NCBI GenBank assembly: GCA_964036045.1
Contig: OZ038378.1
Location: 10,664,001-10,728,000, forward strand
From: Eutreptiella sp. 'Long Island Sound 2002'
Taxonomy: Eukaryota; Protista; Euglenida
Reading direction: 5' to 3'
Length of the DNA: 64,000 bases
Shown: in pieces, positions 28,180 to 39,025 of the stretch
How the letters are laid out: every line of letters starts with the position of its first letter
How positions within the stretch are numbered: position 1 is the first letter of the stretch
Program-made: the position numbers and the translations under genes
The notes under the pieces: model-generated
Databases searched by the model: none
Told to the model about the DNA's origin: nothing
What the model saw: the letters and a program-made list of their open reading frames with translations, nothing else

Positions 28180-28682
28180 GGCGAAGATCTCGCACTGCGT
28201 GCGCACTGCGTGCATATTGCGCACCCAGAGGCTAGGATACTCACCCAAGAATACCTGTCACCTGTTTACTAGGGGGAAGACTGAAAGGTGTCAATACCAT
28301 AGGGTTGGCCAGGTGTCCATCGATACTTCTGGTTGTAGTTATAACCAACAGCATCGTCGAAAAAAAACTGTCCGGTCCTGGTGTCGACTCGCCACCATCG
28401 AGTATCGGCGATCAAGAGCCTTCGAGCGACGATGACCACGTTGACTTCTTTGCAGTTGTGGACGTGGCCATACCGATCAATGATCTTGATCATCTCGGTT
28501 CGAGAATCACCTTGAAGTCGACCAAGGTTTTGGTGCACGTACTATCTGTCGGCAAGAGTACTCTGCAGGGCGAATCGAACCGCCTCTACGGAGGCTTGTG
28601 AAAAGGGGCCAAAACTAGGATTCGAGTATTTGCCGACATCCAAAACTTCGCACTGCGTGCGCACTGCGTGCATGGCATTCCC
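28180..28682. mobile_element. 503-bp putative non-autonomous TIR element bracketed by (CGCACTGCGTG)2 arrays, TTA flanks, internal minus-strand ORF
   Basis: CGCACTGCGTGCGCACTGCGTGCAT is identical at 28191 and 28649. TTA lies at 28177-79 and 28683-85. TIRs are weak (GGCGAAGA vs GGGAATGC). The internal ORF runs 28493-28269 (74 aa from the first ATG). Confidence 0.45.
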
Positions 28683-30964
28683 TTAGGCTGACTGTGGCCA
28701 AGTGGGGGTAGTCGCGTCTGTCCTTTCTGGAGTGCTCCGCAGGATTTTCCCAGAAACCAATGCATTGCTGGGACACAAATGAAGCAATGTGTCACATTGG
28801 TTGCTTGAAGACGAACCGGCAGCGGTCGCAGAACAGCTCATGGTTTTCAACAGAGCCTTCTCTCAGCACAGGGTCCTTGTACTGGAAAGCACATGTAGTC
28901 CGGCAACAACAACAAAGGGCAACACAAGTGCACCCAACCCACCACTGAAGAGAGGCGGGGGGATGACAGAACACAAGGTTGAGCAACCAGCAGAAGGCCA
29001 TTGGCGATGCACCATCCCGTACAATATATTCAGTGCCATTGCAAAAGGGTAGTAGATGTGCATTGGAGGGTGAGGTCAGAGGACAATCTACACTTGTGTC
29101 AGGGTCAGTGCAACGGGGGAGCCTGCCGGGTGCACATGCAACATACAACAACGATGTGGGATGTGAAGAGTCGAGGGCTGCGGTAGTAACAAACTGCGTG
29201 ACAGAAATACAAATGCGCCAGTGCCGAACCTCAGCCAAAGTGAGGGAACGCAATACACTGGGAACTTGCCTCGGGGGCACCTTTGCACAGCACGCACTAC
29301 TTCTGCACCTACTTACCAAAACCACCCTCCACACACACACACACACACCCCTTCCAAACGCTGTCCTACCCCCCCCCCCCCCCCCCGCGCACACATGCTG
29401 AAACTCAAGAAAACAACAGTCAGACGGGTCCCCGTGCGTAGATAATTCAGTGCTTGCGCAAGGGGTGGGGGCAGGGGGGGTAAACCAGCCTCTGTTGCCA
29501 CCAATCTTCCCTTGAACCGAGACAACATGCAAAGGACAAAAGAGCAGGTAATTTGTGGCTACTTGTGCAAAACTGCACTTTTGAGTCCAAGAAACCCACA
29601 AAGGTTTGAAAGAATGGGCTAGGGAGCATTGGACCACTGTTGGGGAGGGCAGCAAGGGGTGTGTAATATTCCAACCCCCTTCCCCGCCCCTCTGGACCCC
29701 CAAAGTTCTTGCATGCGGTTGAGTGTGTATGTTTGATACCAAAAAATGATTTCAAGCTAGTACAAGCATCTTCGGAGCAATAGGAGTGCAAAATCAACAG
29801 TATCAATGGAATGGTGACCAAGGTTTCCATGATGTTTGACCGGCAGCCCACAAGAGGAATCATCTCATCTCCAATCATGATGTCATTGTCAAAGGGGGAC
29901 AATTACGGAACATTTTGACATACTGAACAGTGTTGACACCAAAGTGTAGCCATATCCAGATGCCCTGCACTATGCGGTCGTTCAAGCTTGGTCACCATAT
30001 GCTTGCAGCGGGCTGGCGTAGGGCCTGGCCAAGGGGCCGGCTGAGGCCAAAAGGGTTTTTGAAAAAAAAAATTGCCCCCCACCCTCTTTTTTTTTGGGGG
30101 GGGGGCAAGCAGCCAAAATGGGTTGGGCTGGGGTGAGGATGGGGGTGAAATTTTTTCATGCTTTTCATGCATATTTAAGATCACCGGATCACCGTGGGTG
30201 CCCCGCTTGTCCCACAAGAGACGCAAAATACAGGTGCTTAGTGTACCCCAGCAGCCAAAGAGTTGCACGGCGTGCACAGCGCTAAAGGCGCCCCCTTAGA
30301 CAAGGCCGTGCTTACAGGACTCGCAGGTAAGTAGATCTTGGGGTTTGGGCCCCATTGCGGCAACATTTGCCAATAATCATATCCAAACAAATAGAAGTGG
30401 GTTGTTGTGTCAAGCCAAATTATTTAATTTAAGAGCAAACACAACTATTCACAAGCATGACGATCCCACTCTGTCTCACCACCAAAGCTGGGGTTACAAA
30501 ACTGAGGTCAAACGGGTTCAGACGGGGTCGGTGCACAAGCAGAAGGAGGTCACTTGGGGGAGCTCTGGCCCAGGGCAACCCCCTCCCTCCAGTCATGTTG
30601 TTGCGTCATCTTTCAATGCCAGCTATCATGGAGCTCTCACAGCGCCTGTGTGAACCCCCAGTGGGTTCCATATGGTAACCTCAAACGACACAACAGGCAT
30701 GGCGGGAGCTGTTTAGGGACTAGATGTTGCACCACCAAAAAGGAGTGTGCGGTGAATTTCCGGTAACAACGACTTAGTGTTTTTCCACCATCGCAGGAAG
30801 GCCACTGTGACCGTCCACCGTCACAATCCACTGCCGTGGACACTTTCGGGGTCAGGTTCTGCTGCCGACTTATCCTTCCCTCAATGGCCAATCGAAAATA
30901 TCGTGCCCCGTCACGGCTCCCTAGACACCCTCCCCCTGCCCGAGTGATGAGATCCATCCTTGCA

Positions 30965-31065
30965 ACCGACGGTGCTGGTGGGCGGACCAATGGTGCTGGT
31001 GGGCGGATCGACGGCGGTTGTGGGCAGACCGACGGCGGTTGTGGGCGGACCGACGGCGGTTGGAC
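30965..31065. repeat. 21-bp minisatellite (~5 copies, CCGACGGCGGTTGTGGGCGGA-like)
   Basis: Tandem units are visible and resemble the 21-mer inside the MITE at 36531-36822. Confidence 0.8.
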
Positions 31066-32698
31066 TCGACAGTTTGGAACGAAAAGTGATTCGAAAAAAC
31101 AGACCTGTCGGCGTCCACTACAAACACACTCCTCTTCCAGGCAAGAGCCAATCGATTGACTGCGGCGGGGGGGGGGGGGGGCTGCGCCAGCGGGGCAAAG
31201 CCCTGCTATGCAGGGACATGAGCCGAGGTGCTGCGACACGAGTGGGGGTGCTGCTCGTAACAGCGCCCTGCCTCAGAGTGTGCACCCCATTTCGGTACAA
31301 AGGTGACGTGTCCCGTATGCTACTGCCAAGTTCCCGTGGTTTCGCAAGGGGCTGGCCATATCCGGTGATCGTCGCCATCCTCCCAAACACTCCACAGCGG
31401 TGATGGAGTGTGGCTGATGGAAGCGGGTTCTGGAAGGGGGTCGAGGGGGTCAAGGCTACCTCTGCATCAGGTACAGGGGCAGAGGGCAGTAGTTTGCCTA
31501 AGAAGTCTGTTTGAAGGCCAAGTGACATCGCAGTCACGGGCCCACCGAGGGAAGGGGCTAAGTGTACCGACCTATGACTAACTCCTGGAGGTCCCGAGCT
31601 CGTACGGCTGTCGGACGACGCGCAGCCCGAGTGATCTGTGGCGGAGATGTGCACACTCGTGAGACTGACGAGACTTGTTTGGCTCGGAGTTTGGCCAATT
31701 TAAACTCCTTCGGTCTAGACCATCGGTGTTTGTGACGAGTGGTGGGTCGTCCGTCGCCCTGTCATTGGAGCGCTTGTTGCGGAGGGTATTGCCCCCCGGC
31801 CGCCGCACCCCGGGACCCGTGGCGCAACTGGCCTTGGGGAGGGTGGGCGCGTTTGCGATGACGACACTTTTCTGACAGGCCCCTCTCTACTCCCCCCACA
31901 ACTTCCCTCGCTCAACAAGCGCAGGCCACACTAAAGACAAAGCACTAGATCCCGGTTGTGCCACACGGTCAGCCTTCTGTGGAGCACAGACACCCGGTGT
32001 TGGAGGGCTCCAGAGAGCCCCCTCCCCCAACCCCCCGTACATAGGAAACCCGGGATTGGGAGGATTGGGGTGAAGCGGCTTGACCTCCCACCCCTTCGGC
32101 CAACATCTCAACACCGCAATGCTGCGCCTGACGTATGCGCAACGCGTGCCACTCCCTCGGTACATGACCCACTCTGGTGTGCCTCTGCCCAGGAGGCCTG
32201 AGCACACAACACACACCTTCTGCCCTCTGGCCCGGGTACATGCCATACGACCCCACATGTCCCAGGCAAACGTTACATTCGGTTGAAAGCCACATCGCAA
32301 GTAAAGTAAAGGGGGCACACTGGAGAGGTAGATCGAGACATGGCTTCTGAGAACGGGGTAGCTTGGGTGCGTGGCTGCAGCATACAGCGCCTTAAAAGCA
32401 GCGAACCTCCTGATGGTGATTCGTGACGGTTGTCACGCCGCTCTGCCCTCCCCCCCAACCCGCCCCTTCCACGCCCCTGTGCACTTCCACTCGGGACGGA
32501 GAAATGGGGAAGCGGTACTGTGGGACTGCGACATCCATTGGCAATGAGAGGGCGATGGGGCGTGGGACTGGGCACTGTGGCACCGCCATGCGCATTGGTC
32601 AATCCGCAGCGATCTTTTCAACCCCCGCCCCCCCCCCAACCCCCTTCTCCCCTCTTTGTGCGGGCTCCCCTCTTCATGTCGGCGGAGGCGCACATGGG

Positions 32699-35414
32699 TC
32701 AGCCCATCATCAGTTCTTCCGGCTGCGACGCCTGCCGCCGTTTGATTTCTCTGGCGTCTTGACAGGTGGTGCAGCACGGGCACAGGAACACGGCAGCGCA
32801 GTCCTGGTAGGCAGCCTGCTCGAACCCGTACTTCGCCCGCAGCTGTAGAGACACACAAAGGACCACCAGGCAGCACCAGATGTCGCCCTGTGACACTCAT
32901 AATTCCATCTGCACGCTTTATCATGCAGCTCCAGCACACATGCATACAAGTTGCAGATGCGGACACATGCAATAGCACAAAGCATACGCATGCCAACATG
33001 CACGAACCCTGCAGACATACCCAGAGATGCACTCACAGATACAAAATTATCTTTCTCTTTGTTTTCTTTGGAGATGGACACTCTGGCCCACTCTCCCTCC
33101 ACCACACCCCACTACACGATTCGCACCCCACCAGCTTTACGGTGAGGATTTTTCGGGGCTCCCTCCGAGCGAGGCAAGGGGCAGCGTACCCATTTACCTC
33201 CTTGAGTTTCGAGAGGCTTGAGGGAATGTTTGCCCTGCGTGCCATGCGGAGGCGACTTACCCAGAAACGGCACCTTGAAAAGCTCCCTAGAAAAGGGGCG
33301 AGCTCTATTGGTACACATCCGTGCACGTGGCCTCACATGGTGTCAGTGCCCCTGTATGGTGAGAGGCATGTTTGGGGAACAAAATCCCATGGAGCAGACA
33401 AAGGGATCGGTCAGCAGCACGTCACCTTGGTGGGATTCAGGGGCATGGGAATCCTCACTCCCTTGTTGAAGCTCCATCACCATGGCAAGTATCCCCTGTG
33501 GTAGGTGCTTAAAAGAGAACCTCATTCTTGTTTGCTAGGCATTTGGTTCCTGAGCAGAACCAATATGAAGGGGGACCATAGCAACCCCCAGATCCGTGGC
33601 AGTCCCGAGAATACCTACTTGCCTGGAACTGAGGGGTGAAATAGGCAACGGGGGGAGAGGGAAACGCTTAACACTTAATGACAAAAGAACAACGTCATGC
33701 AAATCATGTGGTGAGGCAGGGGTTGCATGGCACATTGCCTGGTGTCAGTGGGTGGTGCGGAAAGTTTGGGGCATACCCTCTGGGATTGCAATCAACGACA
33801 GTTAACTCTTTGTGGCCACGGCCCCCCCAGGCCATCTTTGCGTCGATTTTCCTTCAGATGTCTTAAACAGCATTGTTGTAGCTGCCTAAATTGATAGGTG
33901 TATACACCAACAGCAATAGACATTCTGGTTCCGGTTTTCATGCGGCCGTGCCTAGACATGGTGCAGTGGCGAACACCAGAATGTGACCCTGTCCGGATTT
34001 CTTCATTTTGAGCCTCAAGGGGATTACACCCGAACATTACGAAATGCACTTCTTAGATGCCATGCCCACAAAAATTATCAAGAAATACTTCTGAAGCATA
34101 TTTGTGAGGGAGAGGAGGATGAAGAGGTTGGGAGGACTTTGCATGGCCGTCCATGGTTCATCTTTTTTTGACGAAGCTGCAACAGTTCTAGAACAGTGCA
34201 AGTGAATCTCCGGATCAAAGGCACACTTGTATGAAAGATAACTAGTTTGTCACCAGGACTTTAATATGAAACATGGTTGGCCACGTAAAAGCGACTGCAG
34301 CGACAACAGCGACAACAGCGAGCGTAGAATGGACTGCAGCGACGATAAGAGTCTCTTAAGGTGGAGGGGCAGGATGTGACGTCCCCGAGGGCAAACAGAA
34401 GGTACCCGTGACGCTGGGTTACGGGAGTGGTGCGCAGTGTACGGCGTGCGACCTGTGCTTGACTGTGCAGTGTTTTCAGGCGTCCAAGGCTGGATAATTG
34501 CGGGTAACGCGAGAGGGCTGGAATTGGCACAATGGAAAGTGAACCGGCTGAACAGGAATAGCTCAGATGTAAACGCTCCTTGCAGGTGTTTCCCTTAGGG
34601 GCTTGAGGGTGAACAGTTTACCCCATGGGTACTGCATAGTCCAGGATGTGCCACTGCTGTTGCTGTTCATCACGGTCCAACAGTCAGAAAGATACACCCT
34701 TACCAACGAAGGATCTTTCTGAAACAACATAACCGAAAGTGCGTCGCTGGTCAGGTCCTCGATCAGTGGGCATGTGGGGCAACACGGCAATCCCCGGAGC
34801 ACCTACATTTGCTACCAGGGCTTTTTGAGGCATGTATAGCAGTAGCAGAATTGGAACCTAATTCCGCCGAGCCGTCTACGTCCGTCCACAGCCCTTCCTG
34901 TGCAACCAGCCTCATGGGCCAGCACATGGTAGTTGGGGAAAATACAGCGACGGATGTACACATAGAATGCACGTCCACACATACGCACGCATACAACCCA
35001 GACACACACACACAAGCACGCACACACGCGCGCATTCACAGAGGGGCTCTGTCGCACAAAAATGCATGGGTGCCCATACCTGCACGTACACGCACACACA
35101 CACACACATGAATGCGCAAGAAAACGCCTGCACAAATGAAGGGGAGCTACAAAATCGCACGGACAATGATGCGGCGAATGTACACCCGAACATACAGCGA
35201 AAAACCATGCAAACCAACGGCGCACCTGCTGCCGTGTGAAGTACTCCTGCCATCCGAACACAAACAGGAGATCGACTATGCTGCAGGTCCGGTTGTCGAG
35301 GGCAGCCTTGTTGAGCGCGGCCTGCACGGGGCACGCCACCAGCGTGATCAGGGTGGTCTTCACGTCCTTCCATACCTCCCATATGTGGGTCTCGAAGTCC
35401 CCGTAGTATGCCAT
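32699..35414 (-). CDS. PLAC8/DUF614 family cysteine-rich membrane protein; 2 exons, join(35414-35226, 32842-32699), ~110 aa
   Basis: MAYYGDFETHIWEVWKDVKTTLITLVACPVQAALN...EYFTRQQ|LRAKYGFEQAAYQDCAAVFLCPCCTTCQDAREIK shows the PLAC8 R..LRAKYG and DC...CPCC..CQ..RE motifs. The intron is phase 0, CAG|gtgcgc...ctacag|CTG. Confidence 0.85.
33500..33805 (+). mobile_element. Possible LINE ORF2 3' fragment (CCHC knuckle) in the PLAC8 intron
   Basis: ...RTTSCKSCGEAGVAWHIAWCQWVVRKVWGIP resembles the C-x2-C...H...C..V.KVW pattern of LINE C-termini. The match is short and degenerate. Confidence 0.4.
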
Positions 35415-35420
35415 GATGGT

Positions 35421-35445
35421 CTGTGACAACGACACGCGCGCCCAA
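35421..35445 (-). promoter_or_regulatory. Splice acceptor 6 nt upstream of the PLAC8 ATG (candidate trans-splice acceptor)
   Basis: Minus strand reads gcgcgtgtcgttgtcacag|accatcATG. Confidence 0.45.
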
Positions 35446-36530
35446 AGGAAAGCCTGGCTGCCCTGGACCCAGTGGTCACACATGTCTGCAGTCGTGACAA
35501 TCGTTCGGGAAGGGGTATGCGGGTGATTGCTTGGAGCAGCTTCAAGTGAAATCTGCCGCATGTGCGACAGCCAAGAAAATCTTTGACCCTTCCTCCATCT
35601 GACCTGCAGAACCTGAATCTCGGTGAAGAATCATGGCACATCGCAGGGCATCCAAAAACACAGGTCTGCTGGGCTTAAGGTTTGGTACATTTCGAAGCAT
35701 GTGCGTGCAGGTTTCAGGTCCTGGCTCCTCGTGGCAGGGGCCCATGTCAGATGCAGCAGTCCTGTGTTCCTAAAACAAATTAGCCAATACATGATCATGA
35801 TTGGACAACATACCTAACCATACCTAACCCCAGTCATGATGCCAAAAACCCCTTAATATATATGGAGGGGGGGGGACCAGGCCCAACTGCTCTAATCTAC
35901 CTGTCAAAGTTTTGCAGGGGGGGATGGCATCAAATGGTTGGTCAGCTGAACTGGATGTCCCCGCCATAGATAATTCCAGCCATTGTTCTCAGCAATTTTG
36001 CATTGCGTCCGGGTTTTTGCTAGGCGACTGTCCCGGTGCTTCCGCCCTTGTTCTCGTGCTGTCCTTCCTTATGTACACTTGTCCATCACCACTATGTACG
36101 CTTTGGTGACCGTGGCTTAGACTCTACCAGGTGAGTGGCGTACATTCTGGTCAAGGGTCAGTCCCGCGGAGCACCTGCATCTTGCTGGCCCCATTCGGCC
36201 AGTACCCCAGGGGACGTCGTATGTGGTATGTGGGGGATGGTTGGGGGCAGGGGCTCGCTTGGGGGGTGGGCTGCGGGCAGCGGTGGATTTGTTTTGGTTT
36301 TGGTTTCGGGAGGCACCAGGTCCATGGCCCCTGCGCCTCCGGCAGTGCACTGAGCCTAAGACCATGGTCACTATATATGCTGTGCCTCCTCTGGGCCGCG
36401 TACCTGTTTGGGGGCGTTGTCGCACGGTGCGCGCACGGTGCGCGCACGGTGCGTGCACGGTGCGCGCACGGTTCAATGTTTTTGGGATGGTTGCCCAACT
36501 TGTACCCCGTTGAATGGCCCCCATAGAAAC

Positions 36531-36822
36531 CAGGGGTTGCCATAACAAAAAAAAAAAACTCGGAGTGTCCAATACGCCCTATGATGGCGGCCGGTGGGTA
36601 ACTGATGGCGGTTGGTGGGTAACCGATGGCGGTTGGTGTGTAACCGATGGCGGTTGGTGTGTAACCGATGGCGGTTGGTGGGTAATTGATAGCGGTTGGT
36701 GTGTAACCGATGGCGGTTGGTGGGTAACCGATGGCGGTTGGTGGGTAGCCACCAAACATCAGAGAGTGGCTGCCTTAGTGAAAAAAAAAAAAAAAGACTG
36801 AGCGTCCTTATGGCAACCCCTG
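36531..36822. mobile_element. hAT-like MITE (292 bp): 15-bp perfect TIR CAGGGGTTGCCATAA, 8-bp TSD ATAGAAAC, internal 21-bp array (8 copies)
   Basis: The TSD lies at 36523-30 and 36823-30. The paralogous copy at ~59019 has a single ATAGAAAC (empty site). The internal unit is GATGGCGGTTGGTGGGTAACC. Confidence 0.92.
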
Positions 36823-37101
36823 ATAGAAACACACCCAGGGTCCTGATTTCTGCACCTTGCAGTCCATACTAGCATACCAAGATTCTTCAATTTTTAGTCT
36901 GATGCTTGTCACAGGTTCCAGGGTCCTATTTTCTGCACCCTGCAGCCCCTATTGGCGTACCGGGAATTTTTTTTTTTGAATCTGATGCTTGTCACAGGTT
37001 CCAGGCTCCCAATTTCTGCACCTTGCACGCATCTCCGTAACAAACCATGCACAGGCGACAACACAAGCGACAACAATGGTTGGGTTACGGGAATTTCAAT
37101 T

Positions 37102-37437
37102 TCATCCGCCACAGCATTCTGGCTCATGATCATCAATTCTAGGGGCTTCAGCTTCCACTTAAGGTAATTGGGGCTCCAGCAAAGCGTCCATCGGCGCCTC
37201 ATGGTGCACAGGTTGGGGGGAATCGGGGCTCTCAGTAGTCACAATTGCAAACTCCAACCGCTCCTCGGGTGCATGCTCGTACAAGACCTCTTCACCACCC
37301 AATTCGTACCGAATAGAGACGCGGCGCCCACCTCTTGAAGAAGGGTCAACGACAGTGGCCGACACCCTATCCCCGTTGGAGCGGTGGTAGTACACAGGCA
37401 GTCCGGCGACAAGCCAAGGCAGCTCAGATTCAGGCAA
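37102..37437 (-). pseudogene. Cargo ORF of the 808-bp element, copy 1 (start mutated to TTG, internal GAA>TAA)
   Basis: LPESELPWLVAGLPVYYHRSNGDRVSATVV...LEPQLP* followed by VEAEAPRIDDHEPECCGG*. It aligns with 59299-59634. Confidence 0.6.
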
Positions 37438-38174
37438 TGTGGATCTGCCGGACACAGAATAAGCAAAAGGACGCACGGTGCGCGCACGGTGCGCGCACGA
37501 TTCAGGCAACACCCCCTTTATGCCGAAAAAGTAGACGCAGCTCCTACCTGGATTCAAACTAGTACCTTGTGTCTGCACCGCTGCTACTTGTCCTCTAGGC
37601 CGGACTCTCGGCAAACCGCATTCTTGGGCCACCCTCTCCAATGTGGCCACTGACCGCTACCTGCGAGCCTTCTGCTGGGCATGCCACATGGTGTGGGCCC
37701 TCTGCGGGCACTTACACTTGGCGCCAGCCTCCGTTGGGCACCTGTTGCCTCTGGACCGTGGTCTTACTGCCCGCTGCTTGCTCCAGTGTCTCTAGCTCCC
37801 ACGGTCTCCCCCTGTTCACTAGACTTTGGGCCGAGCCTCTCGCTGCTCGCTGCCCACTGCAGTGTGTACTGGGGCTCAAACATGGGACCCACAATGCCCA
37901 CACGGAGGCCTTTGCTTCATTCGCGTGGCCACTTGGGACCCGCAACACCCACTCGGGGGCCATTGCTACAATCGCCGCTGGGCCCCTCTCGGCGCCATAT
38001 GGACACTCACAGGGCGCTTGTTCATATACTCTGTGCACTCGGAGCGCCACGCAGGCGTTCACGGGGCGCCCATGCAGTTGTGGTGCGCCCTCAATGTGCC
38101 AACCAGGCGCTCTCTGGGCGCCTTGCAATAGCTCTTGGGGCGCTTGTTCATCTACGGTGTGCCCATGGATCCTC

Positions 38175-38315
38175 CTTCGGGCGCTCTCAGGGCGCCTAGT
38201 CATCTGTGGTGCACCCTCAAGGTGGGCGCTTTCGGGGCGCCTAGTCATCTGTGGTGCACCCTCAAGGTGGGCGCTTTCGGGGCGCCTAGTCATCTACGGT
38301 GCACTCTCCGGGCAC
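38175..38315. repeat. 45-bp tandem repeat (3 copies plus degenerate upstream relatives)
   Basis: GGCGCCTAGTCATCT occurs at 38191, 38236 and 38281. Confidence 0.9.
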
Positions 38316-38894
38316 CATATGGGTGCAGCTACCACTTCTCTTGCCGGGCCACTCCGGACCCGCAATACCCATAAAGGTGCCGTCGCCACGCTCACCCCTG
38401 GACACATAGCATGGCAATTGTGCGGGGTTGGGATCATATCCCCTTCCAAAGGCTAGTGCAGTGGGGCCTTCTACCCCTCCTGCTACCATGCCAGGTTGGC
38501 CCTCGCAGCCACCTCGCGTAGTGCGCCCCTTATTTGGACCACCTGCGGTCCCAAGAGCCAGCCGTACAAAGGGGGGGAGGGAGGACTTCGCTTGGCGGGG
38601 GGGGGGGGGCCTCATTTCAACCAACACCACAGACCGCAGCCCTACACAACCCTCCCCCCCCCCGAAACCTACCATCCGACTTGCACAAAGAAGGAGCGGG
38701 AAGCAACCCTCAACAACTTTTGATACCTGTCAGCCCTACGGCCTCAATGTTTGGGGTCAAACCAAACAGTAGCCCAAGTGAGACCAAGCAACCAGGACCG
38801 CGGCCAAACCGACCTTATTCATTGGTGGCTTGTGTCACAGGCCACCTTGCACTGGACTTCTTCTTGCTGTTCGTTCGCCCATTCCCCAACGTGC

Positions 38895-39025
38895 TTTGGG
38901 TGGCATCTAGATGGGTACTATTAATTTTTGGTGGCATCCGGATGGCTGATGTTCATTCCTAGTGGCATCTAGATGGTTGTTGTTACTTCTTGGTGGCATA
39001 TGGATGGTTGCTATTCATTCTTGGC
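38895..39025. repeat. ~31-bp degenerate tandem repeat (~4 copies)
   Basis: TGGCAT[CA]N[AG]GATGG recurs at about 38901, 38932, 38963 and 38993. Confidence 0.75.

Larger units (their letters stand above)
36410..37516. mobile_element. Non-autonomous PIF/Harbinger-like element, copy 1 (~807 bp plus a 300-bp MITE insertion); TSD TTT
   Basis: TIRs are GGGGGCGTTGTC and GGCAACACCCCC (10/12 match). TTT flanks both ends. CGCACGGTGCG arrays lie inside both ends. It is near-identical to 58917-59724. Confidence 0.85.

Noticed and set aside
28789-28870. SHWLLEDEPAAVAEQLMVF resembling an alpha/beta-hydrolase C-terminus
   Set aside because: It is a single short match with no nucleophile motif or other exons found.
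36151-36801. ORFs with PPTAIGY or VTDGGWW heptad repeats
   Set aside because: They are translations of the 21-bp array inside a TIR/TSD-bounded MITE.
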